Shown here one piece after another: positions 19,505 through 29,576 of a stretch of 64,000 nucleotides of DNA. Location of the stretch: contig CP147780.1 of NCBI GenBank assembly GCA_037310415.1, positions 2,240,001-2,304,000 of the forward strand, read 5' to 3'. The DNA comes from Candidatus Atabeyarchaeum deiterrae. Lineage in GTDB: Archaea > Asgardarchaeota > Atabeyarchaeia > Atabeyarchaeales > Atabeyarchaeaceae. Numbering within the stretch: the stretch's first letter is position 1; each line of letters starts with the position of its first letter. The position numbers were made by a program, and so were the translations under genes. The notes under the pieces were generated by a model, which ran no database searches, had not been told where the DNA came from, and saw only the letters and a list, made by a program, of their open reading frames with translations.

Positions 19505-20776
19505 TCATCTGCCCTTGACTCCTCTAGCTTCAAGCGTGGACCTTCTGACTCCTGCTACGACAATAACCAGTCCAAAGAACACGATTATCATGGCGCCAAG
19601 CATAGTCAACGGAAGCCCTCCAACAGCCCACAAGTAGCCCGACATAAAGTTAGCTATGACATAGTTGAAGTTCAAGATGCCCTGGAACACTGACAATTCC
19701 GTCCCCGTCTCACCCGTCGGCGACAAGTCCGTGATCAGAGTCAAATATGTTGGTGTCGACAACCCCATGCCCAAACCGAACAATCCAATGAAAACAATGA
19801 GTGCAACTAGGCTTTGCATGAAGACCAGGTAGGGAGTTAGGAAGAGGAAGAACAGCGGAACAATGGTGACAATGAGACTTGCGACTAACAATCCCCTCTT
19901 GATTTTCAGTCGATCCATCACTTGCGAGGATATCACGTATCCAATCATCACAAAGACCAACATGATTCCCAATGGAATAGCGGAATCTACGGTTCCAAGC
20001 CCATATGAGGAACTCAGCAATGCCAGAATGATGAACTGTATCATTATGCCAGGGGTAGTAGCCAGCATTCCTGAGACCGAAAGAACCAACAGTGGTCTGT
20101 CGCGAATTACCTCTCTCCAAGTCCTCAGTTTTCCGACTTTGGCTGGTTTTGAATCCTTGGCTTTAGTATCTGGGCGAGCACGTCCGGCAATGAACAGAAG
20201 TGGGACAACTGCAATCAGCTGAATGGCAGCGACCAGTGTGAAAGTGTTAAATAGGCCGACAGAATCGAACATTGCCCCGATCACAACCACGGCAAAGACG
20301 TTGGCCACTGTCAGAGCCGCTGTAAGACCTGACATGATTGTGCCCCGGTTCTTCTCAGAGCTCTGATCCGCAACCCAAGCCAGAAGCGCAACCCAGGATG
20401 TGGCCGCGAACACCATCCTAACTGTTCCGACGAGAATCAATATCCAGAAAGTGTCGTAGAACGCTATTAGTTCGTATGCAAAGTAAGAGACAGCCAGACC
20501 AAGAAAGGACACTATCACTATTGGTTTTCTACCTATCCTGTCGGCGATTCTGCCTGACGGTAGCATGGCAATGGCATTAACGAGTGCGGCCCATCCGAGT
20601 ATTAGACCGATCTGAATGTAGTCGGTGTTGAGCACAGTTATCTGACTTAATGGGAGGGTCGAACCTTTGGGAACTTTGAAGAGCCAGTCAAGTCCGTAGG
20701 TAAGGACGCCCCATATGATGCCAAGAGTGATGAGTACTGCGAGTTTACCTTTGCCCATTCTTCTGTGAACCTCCAT
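19505..20776 (-). CDS. MFS transporter
   Basis: Motif A GRIADRIGRK, about 12 TM. Confidence 0.9.
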   Translation of the reverse strand: MEVHRRMGKGKLAVLITLGIIWGVLTYGLDWLFKVPKGSTLPLSQITVLNTDYIQIGLILGWAALVNAIAMLPSGRIADRIGRKPIVIVSFLGLAVSYFAYELIAFYDTFWILILVGTVRMVFAATSWVALLAWVADQSSEKNRGTIMSGLTAALTVANVFAVVVIGAMFDSVGLFNTFTLVAAIQLIAVVPLLFIAGRARPDTKAKDSKPAKVGKLRTWREVIRDRPLLVLSVSGMLATTPGIMIQFIILALLSSSYGLGTVDSAIPLGIMLVFVMIGYVISSQVMDRLKIKRGLLVASLIVTIVPLFFLFLTPYLVFMQSLVALIVFIGLFGLGMGLSTPTYLTLITDLSPTGETGTELSVFQGILNFNYVIANFMSGYLWAVGGLPLTMLGAMIIVFFGLVIVVAGVRRSTLEARGVKGR

Positions 20777-20875
20777 TTAGAACAGTTTATCGATCTTTTG
20801 CTCCACTAAACTCATTCGGGGGTTATTTTAGAGTTGTCGGGCTACCTTCCCTATTAACGTTTGCCACAAGAGAAT

Positions 20876-22009
20876 TCAAGGGCGGCTGGCTTTGCCTACT
20901 TTCAAAGCGACAATTTCCTGTCCCAAGAACTCGGCAGCAGACATGACGCGCTTGTCGTTTATTTTGGCGGCTTTGTAGACCTCGCCTGCCCTTTTCTGGA
21001 ATAGGGGGTCTCTCATTAAGTGATGGTCGTAGATCACTAGCTCGGTTCTATCAGCTTCTCGAATTATGCGGCAAACGTTGTCTATTGCTCTGGTCAGGTT
21101 CACTTTGTTCACGACAAAACCTAACAGGTATGTTGGGGGTCCATCGACGAACACAACATTCGGGTTTTCCCTGATGATCCAGTCGGCGTAGTCTTCAATG
21201 ACTGGCCCCTCAACGTCGGATGTATGAATAAGCTTCACACCTTTGTGCTCGATGAGAGTGGAGGAGACCCAGCCTAGCCTGTCATATTCTACTCCATGGA
21301 AGAACGGAGGAGAGAATCTGAGAACAGTGTTTCCGAACTCAACTTTTCTGCCATCCATGAATTTGAACTCCGTGTCACCGAACTTCATCTCCGAGATCCA
21401 TGGGTTTTTGGACCACATTCTGCACAGACTCGCAAACCATATTCTTCCTTTCTCTATGAACTCGTTTCTTCGCTCTTGGTAATCCTTGAAATCTTTTCCC
21501 ATTGCTAGTGGAATTGAATCCTCGGCGTCAAATGAGCAAGTTGGGTCTGCTTTGAACATAACTTTCTTGGCCTTATCTTCTCCGTTGAACTTTTTGAGTA
21601 TTTGACTGAAGAAGGCTCTTGCCCTAGCCCACTGGGAGAAATTAACGAACTTGTTTGGATCCTTGACGAAAATCTTCTTTCCTCTGTAGATTGCGGCAGA
21701 GTCAACGCTCTTTAGATCGAGACGACAAAAGTGATCATAATGGTAGTGCGAGATCACAATAACTTTTGCTTTGTGGGCTGCTCCGCTTATCTTCCTCAAT
21801 GCCCTGAGTCTGTAGAATGCTTTCTTGACTCTTGACATTGGAAAGCCGTGCTGCATCCCCGACGCACCTGGGTCAATGAGAACAGAGACATCAGGCGTTT
21901 CGACCAGGATCGAGCTAGATTTCGCTCCGAGGGAGTCATACCACAAGACTTCGAACTTCAGTTCCTCCTCGTTAGGAGTACTTGTTCTTCCAGTTTGCCG
22001 CCGAGGCAT
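20876..22009 (-). CDS. MBL-fold metallohydrolase (UPF0282-like)
   Basis: DSLGAKS, LIDPG, ISHYHYDH, HTSDVEGP, DGPPTY, YDHHL.RD. Confidence 0.88.
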   Translation of the reverse strand: MPRRQTGRTSTPNEEELKFEVLWYDSLGAKSSSILVETPDVSVLIDPGASGMQHGFPMSRVKKAFYRLRALRKISGAAHKAKVIVISHYHYDHFCRLDLKSVDSAAIYRGKKIFVKDPNKFVNFSQWARARAFFSQILKKFNGEDKAKKVMFKADPTCSFDAEDSIPLAMGKDFKDYQERRNEFIEKGRIWFASLCRMWSKNPWISEMKFGDTEFKFMDGRKVEFGNTVLRFSPPFFHGVEYDRLGWVSSTLIEHKGVKLIHTSDVEGPVIEDYADWIIRENPNVVFVDGPPTYLLGFVVNKVNLTRAIDNVCRIIREADRTELVIYDHHLMRDPLFQKRAGEVYKAAKINDKRVMSAAEFLGQEIVALKVGKASRP

Positions 22010-22159
22010 TGAAAACTCTCCTTGACAAGCTAGTCTTATTGAAGGAGCAGATAAATCAATTGCTCAAGCAATCCAAAATCCAAGACATGAAGAACGACAA
22101 TTTGATATGCTAGCTATGCTATTGAAAGACCTATCAAGAATTCTGGAAGGCGTTCCACA

Positions 22160-22372
22160 GTGGACGAACTTAGAACAATCAACATAACCGAGTACCTTGA
22201 TGACATCTACTATAGATGGAAGGTAGAAGTAAAAGATTCAAATGGATATAGAGCATCTTGGTTTGATGATTGGCAGGATGTCCTAGAACAAGTCCAAACC
22301 GAACTCAAACCAGTGAAGACTGGTAGAACCAACCATCAGGAGAATGCCAAGCAAGGTAAATACAGCATATAG
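22160..22372 (+). CDS. Small hypothetical protein
   Basis: 70-aa acidic/aromatic ORF. Confidence 0.4.
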   Translation: MDELRTINITEYLDDIYYRWKVEVKDSNGYRASWFDDWQDVLEQVQTELKPVKTGRTNHQENAKQGKYSI

Positions 22373-22901
22373 AATTCAGGACAAAGCTACCCGCGCATCT
22401 GTCCCATTTTGGGCGGTAACCATGTTCATAACTGCTGTAACAGTCTTTTGGTTTATTCTGGCAGTTTCCGCCATACATGTGATAGAGGAGTATTCAGCAG
22501 GGTGGGTGAAATGGGTAAACAGGTCTGTAACACCCATTTCCGGAATCACAATGGGACAATTCTACGTCGTGAATGGCATCTTCATTTTCTTATGCACGTT
22601 GGCAGTAATCATAAATACGGTGTTCCCAATCTATAGTTTGTCTATCGCAGCGCTCCTGTTTATTAATGCCATAATTCACATTGGTGGAACTATCAAGTTC
22701 AAAGGGTATACCCCAGGTGTGGCATCTGCGATCATTCTGTATGTCCCCTTCTCACTTTGCACCTACTACTTGTATGTACAAGCTGAACTACTTACTTTGA
22801 TGACTTTTGTTTTGTCTCTTGCTCTTGGTGGTCTATGGATGACACTAGCAGTAGCATTTGCCCTTGTTCACAATCGACACCCAAGAAAACCAAAGAAGTG
22901 A
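22344..22901 (+). CDS. HXXEE-domain membrane protein
   Basis: AIHVIEEY, NAIIH, YTPGVASA; true start probably internal. Confidence 0.82.
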   Translation: MPSKVNTAYRIQDKATRASVPFWAVTMFITAVTVFWFILAVSAIHVIEEYSAGWVKWVNRSVTPISGITMGQFYVVNGIFIFLCTLAVIINTVFPIYSLSIAALLFINAIIHIGGTIKFKGYTPGVASAIILYVPFSLCTYYLYVQAELLTLMTFVLSLALGGLWMTLAVAFALVHNRHPRKPKK

Positions 22902-22959
22902 GAACGGCACATCCTATTCTGGTTAACTGAGAATCTGATGAAGAAATGAAGATCTGATC

Positions 22960-24030
22960 TTAGACATTGACGGCTTTCCCAGTTGCGGCGGATTCATAGC
23001 ATGCCAGTATTATCTCAACGATTCTTCTGCCCTCTTCCCCTGAAACTGAGGGCGTCTTGTCTTGTAGGACGCAGTCAATGAAATGCTTGACCATGTAGTA
23101 GAACGTGTTCAGGAAGTTGGTGTCAAGTTCACCAGTTGTGAACCTCACCTGTTCACAGCCCATTCTCAGATCCTCTATGGTCTCATCGAGAATCCTCTCG
23201 TTGCAGTAGTTTTTCCACATGCCATCCTTGTAGAACATGAGCGGCGAACCAGGCAGGATCATGTCTTGGACCCCGTTGATCACGATCATTCCTTTGTCGC
23301 CAACTATCTCAGTTCTGTCATCCCACACTGCCGGTGGAGCTCCGACATTCGCGGTGATGGTGCCACAGCTCCCGTTTTGAAATTCGAGTGAGATGCACCC
23401 GACATCTTCAGACTTAAGGTGAGGGGATGTCTTGCCCAGAACACACGTCACACGTTTGACTTCACCCATCAAGTACCTTGAGACGTAGAACCTGTGGATG
23501 AATGCCTCCATCATCACGCCGCCAGCGATTTTCGGGTCTCCTCTCCATCCATGGGCAGGCCAACCGCCATGAAGTATTGACATTGAGACAACTGGTTTTC
23601 CGATTTCTTTCTCTATGAGTTGCTTGGCAACTTGGTGCGGAGGCCAGAAAAGCTGGTTATGTCCAACCATCAGTTTCACGTTATTCCTTTTTGCTGCGGC
23701 GATCATGTCGTCGCAATCTTCTATAGTCAGGGCCATGGGCTTCTCGGTGAGAAGATGTTTTCCAGCTTCGAGAGCGGCTACCCCGACTTCGTGGTGAAGA
23801 TTGGGAGTCAGGCACATGTTGACAACGTCTATTTCGCTATTCTTCAGAAGCATCCTGTAGTCGGTATAGACTTTCTTAGCCCCCCATCTCTCTGCCTTCA
23901 TCCTGGCATGTTTCTCGAAGATATCACATACCGCATCGATCCTGGCGCGTCCGTCCTTGAGGAAGCCTCGCACATGAGAGCTTGATATTGTTCCAGCACC
24001 TATCACTCCCACGTTTAGAAGTCTCACCAC
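22960..24030 (-). CDS. Gfo/Idh/MocA family oxidoreductase
   Basis: VIGAGTIS Rossmann motif, AGKHLLTEKPMA, GGVMMEAFIH. Confidence 0.92.
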   Translation of the reverse strand: MVRLLNVGVIGAGTISSSHVRGFLKDGRARIDAVCDIFEKHARMKAERWGAKKVYTDYRMLLKNSEIDVVNMCLTPNLHHEVGVAALEAGKHLLTEKPMALTIEDCDDMIAAAKRNNVKLMVGHNQLFWPPHQVAKQLIEKEIGKPVVSMSILHGGWPAHGWRGDPKIAGGVMMEAFIHRFYVSRYLMGEVKRVTCVLGKTSPHLKSEDVGCISLEFQNGSCGTITANVGAPPAVWDDRTEIVGDKGMIVINGVQDMILPGSPLMFYKDGMWKNYCNERILDETIEDLRMGCEQVRFTTGELDTNFLNTFYYMVKHFIDCVLQDKTPSVSGEEGRRIVEIILACYESAATGKAVNV

Positions 24031-24215
24031 GGTTGATCGCTCCAGGCATGACTGTGAATTGTGTTCTTCCTTCTCATAGCCTACCTCTTATTAAGATTAT
24101 GTTTGACAAAAAAGGACTAGAAGGAAGGAAGTATGCCTTTCAAGTTTGAAAGGTAGCGCTGCCCGAAATATCCTTGAAGAAATTCAAAACTAGAAAAGCA
24201 ATCTATAAATAGAAT

Positions 24216-25139
24216 GTGAACTCAACTAAGCTCATTATGCCTATTGATCCGTTCTGGTATTCCGTCGGTATAGTGTTGGCGCTTCTTGACGGTTTTCTAA
24301 ATAATATCGGGATTCTTTTCCAGAAAATGGCTATCAACAAGTTACCAGAAGGCAAGAAAGTAACAAAAGGCTTAGTGAAGAACAAGACGTGGCTTTTTGG
24401 GTTTTTTGTAAATGGCTATGCGCCTATGATATTTTCTATACCTGCCGGTCTTCTTATCGGTCAGGCGTTGCTTCCGGGATTGGAAGCGACAGGACTCATT
24501 TGGTTGGCACTAGCGTCTGTAAGGTTTCTCAAGGAGCGGCTAAGGGCTTCAGAGGTGATTGGGATATTTCTGATGGTTGCCGCGGCTTTCGCTCTCGCTT
24601 ACAGTGGATTGGGGTTCGAACCAAGCGATTATCAGTACTCAATAGGATCACCACTATTCATGAGAATCGTGGTCTTTACGGTGGTTGTTGCCTTGGGTTC
24701 GCTGGCCTGCTTCCTGCTACGAAGGGCCGGCGGGCGCAGGAAAGCCGTCCTCTATGCACTGGATTCAGGTTTGTTAACGGTGTTAAACAATTTCTACTTC
24801 TTTGTGATTTTGTCAATCGTTGCACACATTCTCACGGGGACCTTCGTGCTAACCGAGCTAGCCATGTTTGTCGTTTCAATAGCGATCACGCCGCCGTGCG
24901 AGATTCTGGGAATACATAGATTGCAAAAGGCATTTGAGTTTGGACAAGCTAGCAACATGAGACCTGTGCAGCAGGCGCCGATCCAAATAGGGGCGATTTT
25001 CTACTTCTTCTGGATCTATTTGCTTCTGCCGGTTTCAGGCTTGATCTCTGTTATCTTAGCTGCCACTGCTATTATTCTCATAATGACCAGCATGGTTCTC
25101 TTATCCAAGAGACAGGCGAGTCTAAGAGTTAAAGAGTAG
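24216..25139 (+). CDS. DMT/EamA-like (NIPA-like) membrane transporter
   Basis: GILFQK, LKERL...E.IG, about 9 TM. Confidence 0.75.
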   Translation: MNSTKLIMPIDPFWYSVGIVLALLDGFLNNIGILFQKMAINKLPEGKKVTKGLVKNKTWLFGFFVNGYAPMIFSIPAGLLIGQALLPGLEATGLIWLALASVRFLKERLRASEVIGIFLMVAAAFALAYSGLGFEPSDYQYSIGSPLFMRIVVFTVVVALGSLACFLLRRAGGRRKAVLYALDSGLLTVLNNFYFFVILSIVAHILTGTFVLTELAMFVVSIAITPPCEILGIHRLQKAFEFGQASNMRPVQQAPIQIGAIFYFFWIYLLLPVSGLISVILAATAIILIMTSMVLLSKRQASLRVKE

Positions 25140-25161
25140 CGAATCACGGAATCGATGCCAT

Positions 25162-26691
25162 ATGGCAGATAGGTTCAAGCTCGCATACATTGGCGCAGGT
25201 TCTTTTCGGTTCAGTCTCGGCTTTTTCAGGAATATTATTAATGCAACTGAATTACTTCCGATGGAAGTCGCGCTATGTGACATTGATGCGCACTCCCTCT
25301 CATTGATGACTAAGATCCTAAAACGAATGGTACCAACTGGTGCACGAAGGAGACACTACAAGGAATCAGATATTCTTGTCACGTCATCTACAGATCGGAC
25401 GGTAGTGCTGAAGAACGCTGATTTCGTTTACAAGAGTATTTCAGTTGGACTGCAGGCGGCCGAATGGTTTGATCTCTATTTGCCACTGAAGTTTGGGATT
25501 CCTCAGAACACGGGAGATACGGTTGGTCCAGGTGGGCTTTTCCGCGGATTGCGAAGCGCTCCAGTATGCGCTGCAATCGCGAAGGACATGAAGAAATTCT
25601 GCCCAAAGGCGCCACTATTGAACTACACAAACCCTGTTTCAAGTTGCACCTTAGCTGCTCGAACCGCTGCGCCTGATGTTCAATTCATAGGCCTTTGCCA
25701 TGAACTATTCGAGGGTATGAAGGTTCTGAGACGGTTCTACAACAAAAGAGTCCGGAAGCATATCAGGCACTGGAGAGATATGCACTTCGAATATGCTGGA
25801 GTGAATCATTTCGGATGGCTCACAAGAATCGAATACGATGGTGAGGATCTCTATCCAGTTCTGAGAAAGAACGCGCACCAACTCGTTCTCGACCGGTTCC
25901 ACGGCAGGGATGCTGCCAATGGCTTCAACTTCTACTTGTTAGAAAAGACTGGCTGTTTTCCATATCCTGGCGCACGTCATGTCGCTGAGTTTCTACCAGA
26001 CTATTACAATGCGTTCAACCACGAGAAAAGTGACCAATGCCCCTATTGGAGTTTTCCGCCAATAAGAAGCGTTTGGACGGTACACGCAGAGCGCCGTCTT
26101 GTCTATTCTGTGTTCCGCTTGTGGGCAAACAGGATGATTCCTGTCCTAGGTCCAAGGAAAGAAGGCGAATGGGCAATGGAGATGACTATGGACTGCCGCA
26201 GAAACCAACCTTCCGAATACGTGGTCAATATCCCAAACAACGGGACCGTGCCTGAACTACCATACGACAGTATCGTCGAGGTTCCCGGTTACTTCAGAGA
26301 TGGTGAGATGCGCCCTCTGAAAAAGATCCATGTTCCAAAGAAGGTTGCAGAATACCTTGCCCCACATTGCAAACAACAGCCTCTTACCGTGAGAGCTGCC
26401 TTGGGCAACGATCCTGATCTCGTCATCAAAGCCATGCTTCACGATCCCATGAACAATTGGATTGAAGATGATGAAAAGATCGAGTATCTCACAAGACTAA
26501 TGCTCTTTTACGAGCAGGAGTGGTTGCCAAAAGAGTGGAAAGAATGGATCCCAAAGAAAGAGGAACTCAAGAAGTCAGAATGCTGGGTTTCTCTAAGCGC
26601 GCTGTCGACAAACGGCAACGCATTCTTAGTGAAGAAGTTTCCTCCAAGGAAGGATCTACGATCAAAAGCGTTCTTTTGGCGTAACGAATGA
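25162..26691 (+). CDS. Family 4 glycoside hydrolase (NAD+-dependent, alpha-galactosidase/MelA-like)
   Basis: YIGAGS, GDTVGPGG..RGLR, LNYTNP, GLCH, GVNHF, RHVAEF. Confidence 0.9.
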   Translation: MADRFKLAYIGAGSFRFSLGFFRNIINATELLPMEVALCDIDAHSLSLMTKILKRMVPTGARRRHYKESDILVTSSTDRTVVLKNADFVYKSISVGLQAAEWFDLYLPLKFGIPQNTGDTVGPGGLFRGLRSAPVCAAIAKDMKKFCPKAPLLNYTNPVSSCTLAARTAAPDVQFIGLCHELFEGMKVLRRFYNKRVRKHIRHWRDMHFEYAGVNHFGWLTRIEYDGEDLYPVLRKNAHQLVLDRFHGRDAANGFNFYLLEKTGCFPYPGARHVAEFLPDYYNAFNHEKSDQCPYWSFPPIRSVWTVHAERRLVYSVFRLWANRMIPVLGPRKEGEWAMEMTMDCRRNQPSEYVVNIPNNGTVPELPYDSIVEVPGYFRDGEMRPLKKIHVPKKVAEYLAPHCKQQPLTVRAALGNDPDLVIKAMLHDPMNNWIEDDEKIEYLTRLMLFYEQEWLPKEWKEWIPKKEELKKSECWVSLSALSTNGNAFLVKKFPPRKDLRSKAFFWRNE

Positions 26692-26719
26692 TGTTCTTGG
26701 GGACAGGGTGCACGGAGCA

Positions 26720-27004
26720 TTATAGTGCCTTAACAACTTCACTGAATTGTCTGACTGGTCTGACATCAACAGACACGCGACCGAAAAACTTCATCGCAGT
26801 TGTCGCGCTGTCTGCTTCTACAATGAAGATGCCCTTGTGGTCTTCCCCGGTAGACTTGGGACAACTGATGTAAGCGCTCATTACATTGACTCCGAGTCTT
26901 TTTGTCTTTATGTCTGAGTTGAGTCTCTTGAACATCTCCCTTCCCTCATGCGTTGTCTGAGGGCATTCAGATGCTAGATGCGTATGGGTTGCTACAAATA
27001 ACAC
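26720..27004 (-). CDS. Small hypothetical protein (His/Cys-containing, ferredoxin-like fold possible)
   Basis: SD GGAGG; HTH..ECP, H.GIFIVEADS, VDVRPV. Confidence 0.6.
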   Translation of the reverse strand: MLFVATHTHLASECPQTTHEGREMFKRLNSDIKTKRLGVNVMSAYISCPKSTGEDHKGIFIVEADSATTAMKFFGRVSVDVRPVRQFSEVVKAL

Positions 27005-27091
27005 GAATACCTCCCCTCCTAGACATTTAAGAGATAATTCTGAATCATGAATCAGATAGAGGAGTTGGTTACGACTCTTCTGGTTCCCCTT

Positions 27092-29554
27092 TCACTTCTC
27101 CTCTCTTCCTTCTTTTCCTGGGGCTTCTGGGAATTCTTTCAACCTATCAGCTAGGGCGCTCAAGCGTTTGTCGACCTTGTAGTTGACAGTTCCCGATTCG
27201 AATGTGCCGTCTTTTTGTCTTGCTCCAGCTTTGACTCCTGTCAGAAGTTCTATGCCTTGGTCGATTGTCTGCACGGGATATATGTGGAATTTCCCTTCTT
27301 TGACGGCTTTGACTACTTCTTCTTTTAGCATGAGGTTTTGTGCATTACTCTCTGGTATGAGTACTCCTTGTTTTCCATTGAGTCCTTTCGCCTTGCAGAC
27401 TTCGAAGTATCCTTCTATCTTTTCGTTTACTCCTCCGATTGCCTGGACTTCACCCTTCTGGTTAACTGACCCTGTGACTGCGAAGTGCTGTTTGATTGGG
27501 ACTCCTGATAGTGCAGAAAGCATGGCGTAGAGCTCTGTGCTAGATGCGCTGTCCCCTTCAACCATTCCGTAACTCTGTTCAAATACCAAGCGGCTTGATA
27601 GGCCAAGTGGCTTGTCTTGGGTGAATTTGTCAGTGAGGTATCCACTTAGAATCAACACTCCCTTGGTGTGAATGGGCCCACCCATTTTCGCTTCCCGCTG
27701 GATATCGATGATGCCCTCTTTTCCCAACCCCACACTGGCAGTGACCCGTGAGGGGGCACCAAACTCGAAGTCTCCTATACTCATTACTGATAGCCCGTTG
27801 GCTTGTCCAACTGCCTCTCCATCGGTGTTGATTAAGATGAAATTTCTCTCTATCATCTCGCGGATCTTCTCTTGAATGAGACTGGATCGGTAGAACCTTT
27901 CGTCGATCGCCTTCTTCACATGTTTGGCGTTGATGAATCCAGCCTTCTCCTGTGTGGCATAGTAACTAGCTTCCCTTATGATGTCAGCGATGTCGCCAAA
28001 CCTAGTCGAGAGTTTTCTCTGATCCTCGGCTAGTCGAGAACTGTAAGCAAGAAGTCCCTTCAAGCCAGAGGCATCAAGGTGCTTGAGCTTCTCCCTTTCG
28101 CAGACTCCACAGATGGATGCGGCGTACTTCTCCATGTTCTTGCTTGTGCGCTCCATTGTAGTATCGAATTCAGCTTTCACCTTGAACAGCTCCCTGAATT
28201 CCACGTCTAGCAAGTAGAGTTGCTGGTAGATCTCCGAGCCACCGATAAGTATAACTTTAACATCTAGAGGGATTGGATCTGGTCTCAAGCCCTTTGTCGT
28301 AACGTAGCCCAACTTCTCAGCTATTTCCTCTATGGCTAGGCGTTCATTCATGAGAGCTTTCTTCAGAGCATCGTACGATAGTGCATTGACGAGCAGATCC
28401 TCGGCCGGTAGCACCAGGTATCCACCATTCGCCTTGTGCATTGAACCTCCACGGATCAGGGTGAAGTCGGTCATGAGAATACCGAACTGTGCTTCCTTCT
28501 CAACTAAGCCAAAGAGGTTTTGATATGTCGGGTTCAATTCCAATACAACTGGGGCTCCCTTAAGGGTAGAGTTGTCCACTACAACGTTCACTTCATACTT
28601 CCTGAAAGGAAGCTCCTTCATCCATGGGATTGGAATTGGGGTCTGCGGAGTCTCTGGCTCCTTCAAGAATTGTATCGTGTTCTCAAGAATATCGTTTCGC
28701 ACTTCTTCTAAGTAAGCCTTTATGTCTGCAGCCGTTCCATATTTCTCAACAAGAGCATCAATTAGATGACCGATTGCGAAAATGGTCACTTCCTTATTGA
28801 GTTGCGCCACCTTCTCGGTTGCCTCTTTCTCCAGCGTCCTGACTTGTCTAAATGCAAGCCTCAGCTGGGAATCCAAGTCATCACCTCTCTTACGAATCTC
28901 GTCTTTAACTTGAGGGGGCAAAGCCATGAATTCCTCATCACTCAAGGGTTTGCCTTTGACGACTGGTATAGTGGCGATTCCAATCTGCGTCGTGCGAAGA
29001 GCAAAGCCTGCTTCCTGAGCTTTCGAGTTGAGCTCCTCAAGTAGCCTTCCCCTTTTTTCTTCAACGCTTTTGATAACGGCATCACGCCTTGTAGCATAAT
29101 CCTCGCTCTCGAAGGCTTTTGGTAATACGTTTCGAACACTTTCAATGAAGGATTTCATATCCTTTTTGAACTCTTTTCCCCGTCCCGGTGGTAGCTTTAT
29201 GACTCTTGACAGAAAAGGGTTATTGAAGTTATTCACGTAGCAATAATCAGAAGGGACAGGCTTGCTTTTGGCCATCTCTTCAAGAAAACTCTTCACAGCG
29301 GTTTTCCTACCTGACCCTGGCACACCTGCCACATAAATGTTAAAGCCACGTTCCTTGATGTTTAACCCGAATTTAAGAGCTTTCACAGCCCTCTCCTGGC
29401 CGACGATCTCCTCACTTGGGATCAATTCCTGAGTGGACTGACAACTCAGGGTCTCGGTGCCAAGTTCATTTCGTAGTTTCTCAGGCGGAAGTTCATTCAA
29501 AATCGTAGTTCCTCCTAAGGCGGAAGTTATCAACATATAGTTGCGAGCGATCAT
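27092..29554 (-). CDS. LonC-type Lon-like protease
   Basis: GQERA, degenerate Walker A GVPGSGRKT, YVNNF, HKANGGYL, catalytic EGDSAS and GGVNEKIEG; true start probably near 29500. Confidence 0.92.
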   Translation of the reverse strand: MIARNYMLITSALGGTTILNELPPEKLRNELGTETLSCQSTQELIPSEEIVGQERAVKALKFGLNIKERGFNIYVAGVPGSGRKTAVKSFLEEMAKSKPVPSDYCYVNNFNNPFLSRVIKLPPGRGKEFKKDMKSFIESVRNVLPKAFESEDYATRRDAVIKSVEEKRGRLLEELNSKAQEAGFALRTTQIGIATIPVVKGKPLSDEEFMALPPQVKDEIRKRGDDLDSQLRLAFRQVRTLEKEATEKVAQLNKEVTIFAIGHLIDALVEKYGTAADIKAYLEEVRNDILENTIQFLKEPETPQTPIPIPWMKELPFRKYEVNVVVDNSTLKGAPVVLELNPTYQNLFGLVEKEAQFGILMTDFTLIRGGSMHKANGGYLVLPAEDLLVNALSYDALKKALMNERLAIEEIAEKLGYVTTKGLRPDPIPLDVKVILIGGSEIYQQLYLLDVEFRELFKVKAEFDTTMERTSKNMEKYAASICGVCEREKLKHLDASGLKGLLAYSSRLAEDQRKLSTRFGDIADIIREASYYATQEKAGFINAKHVKKAIDERFYRSSLIQEKIREMIERNFILINTDGEAVGQANGLSVMSIGDFEFGAPSRVTASVGLGKEGIIDIQREAKMGGPIHTKGVLILSGYLTDKFTQDKPLGLSSRLVFEQSYGMVEGDSASSTELYAMLSALSGVPIKQHFAVTGSVNQKGEVQAIGGVNEKIEGYFEVCKAKGLNGKQGVLIPESNAQNLMLKEEVVKAVKEGKFHIYPVQTIDQGIELLTGVKAGARQKDGTFESGTVNYKVDKRLSALADRLKEFPEAPGKEGREEK

Positions 29555-29576
29555 ATTTTAGGATTGCCCTTTTGGC